A stretch of 25,492 bases of DNA. Origin: Candidatus Pacearchaeota archaeon (lineage in GTDB: Archaea; Nanobdellota; Nanobdellia; Pacearchaeales; GW2011-AR1). Made by a program: the position numbers and the translations under genes. Location of the stretch: assembly GCA_018303895.1 (NCBI GenBank), contig JAGVXJ010000068.1, positions 1 to 25,492 of the forward strand, written 5' to 3'. Shown piece by piece: positions 15,411 to 22,514 of the stretch. The stretch's first letter is position 1, and every line of letters starts with the position of its first letter. The notes beneath the pieces are model-generated. The model was not told the DNA's origin. It saw only the letters and a list, made by a program, of their open reading frames with translations, and made no database searches.

Positions 15411-16028
15411 TTAATTTTGCTGTTTGATTAAATCATTAGTCTGTTTAACTTTTTGCAAAAGAAATCTTTCAGTTGCAATTAAAATTTCACAGTTGTTAAT
15501 TGTCATTGTATAACAAGTTTTTGAGTTCTGGACAATTTTTGTTTCATTTCCAACATCCATTTCTAAAAAGAGATATCTACCCTTTTCATCGCACGATGCA
15601 TTTTTATCTTGAATTGATTCAATTCCAAGATATCCAAAATTAATTACAATATTTCCAACACCAATACTCCCATCACCATTACATACAAAGTCATTTGTAG
15701 AGTTTATTACCATTACATCTCTCGTTGAAACATTTCCATCAAAGGGAATTTCATAAATATTCTTCGGATCATTTCTGAAATAAATGTTTAAATCCAATGA
15801 TTTTCCATTTTGTATCGTCGGTAAATTAGTTTGATAAAAATTTAATTCTCCAACTTTAACCTTTTCAAATTTCATTCCTTCATATTGAAACTTCCCAATA
15901 TTTTTCACAAACAAAAAAACTAAAAAAGAAACAGCCAAGATTAACAAAATTCCGGCAATTATTTTTACGAATTCTTTTTTATGATTTTTCTTTTCAGCAG
16001 TCTCTTTTTTTTCGTCAACTTTTTCCAT
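15411..16028 (-). CDS. Hypothetical single-pass membrane protein, paralogue of 16041..16625
   Basis: Charged N-terminus, one TM helix, YEGMKF, and C-terminal Cys pairs. Confidence 0.75.
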   Translation of the reverse strand: MEKVDEKKETAEKKNHKKEFVKIIAGILLILAVSFLVFLFVKNIGKFQYEGMKFEKVKVGELNFYQTNLPTIQNGKSLDLNIYFRNDPKNIYEIPFDGNVSTRDVMVINSTNDFVCNGDGSIGVGNIVINFGYLGIESIQDKNASCDEKGRYLFLEMDVGNETKIVQNSKTCYTMTINNCEILIATERFLLQKVKQTNDLIKQQN

Positions 16029-16040
16029 TTTATCCTAAAC

Positions 16041-16625
16041 TTATTGTTTTATTTTGAACAATTTAAACAAATATTCATCGGTAAGCTCAAGCATTTTTTC
16101 TGATTTTCCTCGGATATAAACACAATTTTGTTTTTGTTCCAAGCTTTCATTTTCAGAATATTCTATAATTATAAAATTATTGGTGCAATCTTTTTTTACA
16201 ATTGAAACGTCGCAAGTTTTATCTTCAGGACAAGCCGTTTGAACTCGTTCTACAATTGAATTTGCTCGAGGATCAAGGTTTCTATACAACTCACCTTCGG
16301 CATCCTGATTTTCTGAATAAATATACAATGGTAGAGAGTAATATTTCTCTATTGTGTCTACTTTTGAACTAACATTTTCAGTTTGCATCGGATTATAAAA
16401 AAAGATTAAATTATTTCCCTCTTTTTGTGTTATCCAAAAATTGTTTTCATCTTTAGTAAATGTTATCCCTTGATACTTAATTTTTCCTGACGAGGTATTT
16501 CCAAAAGAATCAATTATAACTCCAAAACTACTTCCTAAAAGAATAAGCCCCAAAACAATCGCCACAATAACCTGTGTTCTTTTTTTCTTTCTCTGAACAT
16601 CCTGTTGATTTTCAATTTTTTTCAT
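16041..16625 (-). CDS. Hypothetical single-pass membrane protein
   Basis: Basic N-terminus, TM IVAIVLGLILLGSSFGVII, YQGITF, and C-terminal Cys pairs. Confidence 0.75.
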   Translation of the reverse strand: MKKIENQQDVQRKKKRTQVIVAIVLGLILLGSSFGVIIDSFGNTSSGKIKYQGITFTKDENNFWITQKEGNNLIFFYNPMQTENVSSKVDTIEKYYSLPLYIYSENQDAEGELYRNLDPRANSIVERVQTACPEDKTCDVSIVKKDCTNNFIIIEYSENESLEQKQNCVYIRGKSEKMLELTDEYLFKLFKIKQ

Positions 16626-16830
16626 ATTAATCTTTATTCAAATTAGTATAAAAACCTTATGAAAACAACTAAATATTTTTTAAAGATTTTCAAATCTCTC
16701 GACGACAAATAAAAAATTTAACCCATTCTGCAACTATCGAGTTTACTCGACGTTTATAGTTTTTCTTTTACAATATATTTTCTTTCGTTTCATCAGAAAC
16801 GACGACAAGGATTTATTCTTGCCATTTTTC

Positions 16831-16896
16831 TAAAAAAAGAAACCCAGCTAACACCAGGTAGAATAAAAAAAAGAAAAAAATAAAAAAGAAAAATTA
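16831..16896 (-). terminator. S-layer terminator region: long T-tracts followed by a hairpin + T-run
   Basis: The minus strand after TAA is almost all T/C (16863-16896), followed by acctgg-tgttag-ctgggt-ttcttttttt (16859-16832). Confidence 0.6.
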
Positions 16897-16910
16897 AACT
16901 GAGTTTGTTC

Positions 16911-19325
16911 TTAAGCCGAAGCTACTTCAACACTTCCACCAGCCGAAACAGTACCTGTGTACTTCTTGCCAGCAGCAGTATCGTAGTTTGCAGGGTTAGC
17001 TAATAAATTAGCAGCAGCAGCTGAAGTGTCAGCAGCATCGTAACCAGCAACAACAATTGCAACATTTCCTGCTGAGAATTTGTCAGCATAGCTTGCAATC
17101 ATAAATTGTCCAGGTCCAACACTAGTACTATCTGCGAATTCTGTTTCACAGTAAGCACCGCCTAAAACTTTAGCAGTAGCAGCATTAATACAGCTTCCTC
17201 CAACTAAAACAACATTTCTTCCACTCCATGATGACTCTTCACTATCTTTGAAAAGCATATTACCTGTCTGACCTAAAGTTGTTTCAGGTGCGGTCAAGTA
17301 AGCAGTGAAATAAGATTCATCACCGTAGTATACAAATTCAGCTGATCTCTGTGAGCTTGATGTTCCCTTTCTCCAGAATTCGATTGGAACATTTCCTGAT
17401 GCAGTTGCAACAGCAACTCCTACCAAGTCATCATCGTTAGTTGGGTCAGAGAATATCTGACTTGCAGCTAATGAAGTAACACCCGATACTTCGATGTCGC
17501 TATCTGTTTGAACTGTTACATTCGCCTTAGCACTTGCACCTATACCAATGTTCCCATCCTTGTCTTCTCCCTTAACAACTAAAGAGAATCTACTTGCATT
17601 GTTTCCAACGACTCCCCCAGCACGATTTGTTGCAGTGAAGTTTATGGACCCATCAAGAGTTGAGTTTTCCGTACCTGTAAAAGGCATGGCAATCTCCAAT
17701 CCTTCTTTAGTGTAAAGTCTGTTGAAAGATGAACCTGCATTACCTGATAAGTTTACGTATTTAGTTGTACTTCCTTCAGTTCTTATTTGATTAAGAGTTA
17801 AAGTAAGACTTCCAATATCACAAGTAGCACTTCCAGAACTATCTGATCTATCCTTACATGCATCTTCAAAACCACTTTCAGTTAATTTCTGAACTGTAGT
17901 GTAGTTGATTCCATCAGTTTTTGAGAAACTGGTGAATCTTAATACATAAGACTCATGGTCTTTTGTACTATTCCAAGATGCAACCATCCAATCATGCAAT
18001 GAATCATTCCAAATCTGTCCCGCAGCTAATGTTTCATTTGTAGTGAAAACTAACTTTGTAGCAGATTCACCAATTCCAGCCAAGTCTTGTGAACTTGCGT
18101 ACAAAATTGGGATAGTGATTTCTCCATCTTTAAGGGTAGCAGTAAGTTCCATCTTAGTACTTCCCGAATTCTTTAATTTAACTACTTCCATAGTTGGTTT
18201 TTTGAATTCGTCCATAGTGAACTTAACAGCTTTAAATCCAGGCATTTCTAAATCAGAGTCGGCAGTTATAAAAGCTTCGTCATCAGTTTTCCATTCCAAG
18301 ATTATCTTTGTAATGGTTTCTTTTGAACCACTCATTGCTCCTCTTGTAACCCAACCAGTTAATTCTTCGACGCTATCGTCGTTCAATTTAACTTTTTGAG
18401 CGTTTTGTAATTCCAGTTTCCCAGAACCAACACTGAATTCGACTTTTCCAACTGTTCCAGCAACATCTCTTGCAAGGATATCCTTAATTCCGATGTATGT
18501 TCCATCATCTAATTTATAAGTTCCTCCTTCAGCAAGTGAATTTGTTATTTGCTCGTTAACCTTAAGTTTAACTTCTGTTGTACTAACATATTCTATTGAA
18601 ACGTCATAACTCTTCCCACCAACAGTCATAGTTTTTGTTTCACCTTCTGAAACAATAGCACTATCTGCTGAGTCTAAAAGAGTAAACTTAACGTTTGTTC
18701 CATTATCTGCATCGAGAACAAAATAGTTCTTTCCTAAAATGTTGAAGTTAGTTGTTTCAAAGTCAACTAAATCTCCCCCACTTACATCAGATTCTGGACT
18801 ATCAATAAAACTCAGAGTGTAGTTCAAAACTACATGATCTGAAGATAAATTAATACCATAAGTCAAAGCTTCATCCTTATAATCACTATCAGAGAAAAAC
18901 ATTGTTTCCAATGCACCTCCAAGAGTTAATTTTTGCTCGAAATCATATTCAGTGTTTTCATCATTTGAATACAATCCGTCAGCAAGAAGGACACCAAGGT
19001 CTTCGTCGTCAACCGTTGATCCGAATACAGTAGCAAAATCATCCAACAAGTTAATCTTGTCGCTTGCTTTTTCAAGCTTTACAAAATCTCCACCAGTTGG
19101 TGTTCCCCCTTCAGATTTAACTTGTTTCTTAAGGTACTCGTTTATATTTGATGCAGCAACTTGATCAGTTGAAGCAGCACTAGCACCATAAACAACAGCT
19201 GAAGCAGACGCACTTCCATCAGAGAACGGAGCCGGGAATGCAGCAGCAGCCGCAAAGCCAACACCTGAAGCCATCATCAACGCGCTCGTTAAAGCAGCTG
19301 ATATCTTCTTAAAATTGAATTTCAT
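16911..19325 (-). CDS. S-layer protein (Methanococcales/Thermococcales-type N- and C-terminal S-layer domains)
   Basis: MKFNFKKISA...GFAAAAAFPAPF N-terminus, VVYGASAASTD, C-terminal NVVLVGGSCINAATAK and VVAGYDAADT, and many sequons. Confidence 0.9.
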   Translation of the reverse strand: MKFNFKKISAALTSALMMASGVGFAAAAAFPAPFSDGSASASAVVYGASAASTDQVAASNINEYLKKQVKSEGGTPTGGDFVKLEKASDKINLLDDFATVFGSTVDDEDLGVLLADGLYSNDENTEYDFEQKLTLGGALETMFFSDSDYKDEALTYGINLSSDHVVLNYTLSFIDSPESDVSGGDLVDFETTNFNILGKNYFVLDADNGTNVKFTLLDSADSAIVSEGETKTMTVGGKSYDVSIEYVSTTEVKLKVNEQITNSLAEGGTYKLDDGTYIGIKDILARDVAGTVGKVEFSVGSGKLELQNAQKVKLNDDSVEELTGWVTRGAMSGSKETITKIILEWKTDDEAFITADSDLEMPGFKAVKFTMDEFKKPTMEVVKLKNSGSTKMELTATLKDGEITIPILYASSQDLAGIGESATKLVFTTNETLAAGQIWNDSLHDWMVASWNSTKDHESYVLRFTSFSKTDGINYTTVQKLTESGFEDACKDRSDSSGSATCDIGSLTLTLNQIRTEGSTTKYVNLSGNAGSSFNRLYTKEGLEIAMPFTGTENSTLDGSINFTATNRAGGVVGNNASRFSLVVKGEDKDGNIGIGASAKANVTVQTDSDIEVSGVTSLAASQIFSDPTNDDDLVGVAVATASGNVPIEFWRKGTSSSQRSAEFVYYGDESYFTAYLTAPETTLGQTGNMLFKDSEESSWSGRNVVLVGGSCINAATAKVLGGAYCETEFADSTSVGPGQFMIASYADKFSAGNVAIVVAGYDAADTSAAAANLLANPANYDTAAGKKYTGTVSAGGSVEVASA

Positions 19326-19561
19326 TATTTTTTATTTTCCCTCCTTTTTACCTCTATGGAGTATGTTGCCTATGGCAACCTATCTCATTCAAAAGCCATA
19401 GGGAAAACTTTCTTATCTGAGATGAGCATAACTTACACACGGACAATCAATCTGTGTGACCTGAATCCCCTAAATCTCACTTCCGGAAATCCAGGATTTA
19501 ACCCCATGTAAGTCCTTTCGAACTTATTATGGAAAACCTATCTTTCTTTAAAAAGTTTCGC
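19326..19561 (-). promoter_or_regulatory. S-layer promoter (BRE cgaaac + TATA tttttaaa 19555-19548), ~200-nt structured 5' leader and Shine-Dalgarno aaggaggg (19346-19339)
   Basis: Motifs seen directly; several perfect stems lie in the interval. The transcription start is inferred. Confidence 0.6.
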
Positions 19562-19705
19562 CCTAATTTTTTGTCATTGCAACCCAAACACGCCTTTTTT
19601 CAAGGTTTTATTTATAAGCTTTGCTTTGTCACTTACTTACACAACAGATTTTTGGGTCTTGAAAGTAGAAAAAAATAAGTCCAAATAATTTACAAATAAA
19701 TAAAA

Positions 19706-20311
19706 TTAATAATAATTCTTAAGATAAATTTGGTAGTTTTTTCCTTTTATGAATTCACTCCAACCAACTCTGGATGTCTTGGTTTGGCTTCCTTCCGAAA
19801 TACTCGTCACTGTTTCTTTTTGTTCACCATCAATCTTATAAATATTAAGTGAGAAACTTTTAACATAGCTTTCTTTTCCAGGATTAAAACTTTGATTTAT
19901 TGCGCCACGAAATATAGTCTCCATTCTTTTACATATGTCTTCATTTGTATTTTCACACTTTTGTTTAGTCACACATTGCGGAACCATGTCTTTCAAAGTT
20001 AAAATTTTTCCATTCATGCTACAGTTTGTGGTAATTTGTAAAGCAGATTCTAAAAAACTATCAAGTTGATAATCTTTTTCTTCAATTCCTTTTTTTCCAG
20101 TCAAAACAAAACCCAAAACAATCAAAAGTATAACCATAACTAAAATCATGATTAATACAAATCCCACCATTTCCTCCTGTCCAGATTTTCTGGATAGGCT
20201 TGAAAGATTTCTTTTAGAAATCTTTTCCTCTTGAGCTTTTTTCTTTTGAAAAAAGTCAACGTGATGATTTGTCCACAAATCTTTCTCCTGTCCAGATTTT
20301 TTTATTTTCAT
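19706..20311 (-). CDS. Pilin-like protein (class III signal-like KSG/QEEMVGF + hydrophobic helix) with an expanded leader
   Basis: Basic leader, G|Q junction, then 20+ hydrophobic residues and a Cys-containing globular domain. Confidence 0.65.
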   Translation of the reverse strand: MKIKKSGQEKDLWTNHHVDFFQKKKAQEEKISKRNLSSLSRKSGQEEMVGFVLIMILVMVILLIVLGFVLTGKKGIEEKDYQLDSFLESALQITTNCSMNGKILTLKDMVPQCVTKQKCENTNEDICKRMETIFRGAINQSFNPGKESYVKSFSLNIYKIDGEQKETVTSISEGSQTKTSRVGWSEFIKGKNYQIYLKNYY

Positions 20312-20836
20312 TTAAAATTGATTTTCATAACTGACAATTATTCTCCCCAGTTCACATTTATCATAAATTATTCCGTTTTCATTTTCTTTTTTGCAAACAG
20401 AAACAAAGTTCGAATAAGTTCCTGAAATATTTTTTCCTAAAAGATTAATTACATTACAATCTGGATAATTTGCAAATGTGCATTCTTTCTCTTTTTCTTT
20501 CGGATAAATCGTTTTCACAACGACGTTTGTGTTACTTCCCCAAAAATCTTCATACTTTTTAATATTATTTTTCAGTGCAATAATTTTGTCTGCATCAACA
20601 CAATTTGTTTTTCCACTACCCAAAGCCATACCACAAGAAAATTCTGGTGAGTTCGCAATCTTTGTTGCAAGAAGCATTGCGTTTTGTTCTCTCAAAGTAT
20701 TCGCCTGATTTTTTATATCTGAAAATTTGTAAACTAAAACAAACATTCCAACTAAAACAAAAAATAAAGTTACGGCTATTAACATAAATGCCATCTGTTG
20801 GATTTTAAGTTGTCCAAATTTATTTCTTATTACCAT
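20312..20836 (-). CDS. Pilin-like protein (KFG/QLKIQQMAF)
   Basis: Short basic leader, G|Q junction, hydrophobic helix and four Cys. Confidence 0.65.
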   Translation of the reverse strand: MVIRNKFGQLKIQQMAFMLIAVTLFFVLVGMFVLVYKFSDIKNQANTLREQNAMLLATKIANSPEFSCGMALGSGKTNCVDADKIIALKNNIKKYEDFWGSNTNVVVKTIYPKEKEKECTFANYPDCNVINLLGKNISGTYSNFVSVCKKENENGIIYDKCELGRIIVSYENQF

Positions 20837-21885
20837 AATCTACATTCCCCTAAATTTTGATTTGTATCTTCAAGAACTTTTGCATTTTCCATAATCGAAT
20901 TTATTTGTGACGAGCTCGTAATTCCACCAGCAGTTCTCGCGAAATTTATTAACTCACTTCCAAAGTTTGTTCCACATCCGTTCTTGCTTATCAATTTTGA
21001 TTTTTCTGAATAAATTATTGCTAAACTGCTAATTCTTTTCATAATTCTTTTAACCTGACACTCGTAAATTTCTTTTTCTGAAAAAATCGCCGCAATCATT
21101 AAAGCATTTCCGGCGTAACTCATCTGTTCGCCATTTTTTTCGACGTATCCTGCTTCATCCAAAAAGCCCGAAACAGCGACGTTACAAACGCCAGAAGAAC
21201 TTCCGAAACACACTTTTATTGAGTTCTGAGAACAATTTTCAATTTGAAGTTTTGGGTTACTTGAACTTAAAGCACCGATTTCGTTTTTCAAATCACTTTC
21301 CGGCATTTCTTCAAAACAATAATCTTTTGAGTCTGAAGTTAGATAAATTAAATCTGCTACCTTAAACGGCATTTCCAACGGCTTTGAAAAAATGTAAAAC
21401 TTTTTGCCTTCAATTGGATTTTCTGAAAAAATATATTTATTTGAGAACCCAACTGGATTTTCCGGTTCGGACCATTTTCCCAAATTTTTTTGTGAAACAC
21501 TGATTATTTCTTTTCCAAAATTCCCATCCAAGTCATCACAAGCATTGTATATTCTTGTTTCTGTCGGAACGTCAAAAGAAGTCGTTGTTCCCGTCGTGAA
21601 ACTTGACTCTAAAGGATTTAGTATTATTCCAATTTCCCTTGCCGTTGTTACATCGCTTTGAGTATTTCCAAGCCCGATTATCTTTACAGCAGCAAATATA
21701 GCCAAAAAGATTATTGCTCCCCCTATAATGATGGCAAAGAGCCAAGAAAACGAAAATTCCAGCACACCATCTTTAGATGATTTTGCATAATTTATTTTTT
21801 TGTAATTTCCTTGCAAATTCCCCTCATGAGAAGTTTGTAATTTTCGTGGAAAATTCTTTTTTGCAAACTTCTCTTTTGATTTCAT
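20830..21885 (-). CDS. Large pilin-like protein (KDG/VLEFSFSW) with an expanded leader
   Basis: Basic leader, hydrophobic N-helix and a Cys-rich C-terminal domain. Confidence 0.6.
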   Translation of the reverse strand: MKSKEKFAKKNFPRKLQTSHEGNLQGNYKKINYAKSSKDGVLEFSFSWLFAIIIGGAIIFLAIFAAVKIIGLGNTQSDVTTAREIGIILNPLESSFTTGTTTSFDVPTETRIYNACDDLDGNFGKEIISVSQKNLGKWSEPENPVGFSNKYIFSENPIEGKKFYIFSKPLEMPFKVADLIYLTSDSKDYCFEEMPESDLKNEIGALSSSNPKLQIENCSQNSIKVCFGSSSGVCNVAVSGFLDEAGYVEKNGEQMSYAGNALMIAAIFSEKEIYECQVKRIMKRISSLAIIYSEKSKLISKNGCGTNFGSELINFARTAGGITSSSQINSIMENAKVLEDTNQNLGECRLW

Positions 21886-22431
21886 TTAAACTCGCTGTAT
21901 CTTGACTTTAGTATCAGAAATACTTTCTTTAATTATAACCAGACTTAATTTTCCATCTTTATTCTTAAAACAGTAAGGATTTTCTTTCTGTGTTGTTTTT
22001 TCCACATCCAGATTTTTTATATTCAACGCTTCCAAATTTCCAGATGCTTCATGCGGATAAAAAAAAGTATTTTCTTCACCAGTATAATCTCTTTCAATAT
22101 CATTTTTTACTTTAGTCATTCCTGCCGTCGGTTGAGCATGATAATTCCAAATACAAACTGCCTGGACTTTTCCTGGAAGATTGTACTCATAATTCTGACT
22201 TCCTTCTGACGAACGCCATAATGTGTCAACATTTTCCTGAAGACTTGTTCCGAATTGTGCAATCTGTAATTTATCTCGGTAATTCAAAAACTTTGTTATT
22301 GCAAAAAAAGTAAATCCTAGAAAAGCAACAATCAAAACAATTGTGAAAATCATACCAAAAGACATTTCCATTTGAGCCCTCTTTGATTTTATTCTAAAAC
22401 TTTTTTTCTGACGGAGAAAACCTCTTTTCAT
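21886..22431 (-). CDS. Pilin-like protein (KRA/QMEMSF)
   Basis: Best match of the four to the archaeal prepilin consensus [KR][GA]|Q, followed by a hydrophobic helix. Confidence 0.7.
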   Translation of the reverse strand: MKRGFLRQKKSFRIKSKRAQMEMSFGMIFTIVLIVAFLGFTFFAITKFLNYRDKLQIAQFGTSLQENVDTLWRSSEGSQNYEYNLPGKVQAVCIWNYHAQPTAGMTKVKNDIERDYTGEENTFFYPHEASGNLEALNIKNLDVEKTTQKENPYCFKNKDGKLSLVIIKESISDTKVKIQRV

Positions 22432-22514
22432 GAAAATTATAAAGAATTCAAATTTATAAATTGTTCGGATGATCTAAAAATTTTTATTTGATTTTGAAGC
22501 GAAAAACTAAAAAA

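Noticed and set aside
16780-16802. CTGATGA...GAAA on the minus strand suggesting a hammerhead ribozyme
   Set aside because: Only 3 nt separate the two core strands, so stem II cannot form; a simple 7-bp hairpin explains it.
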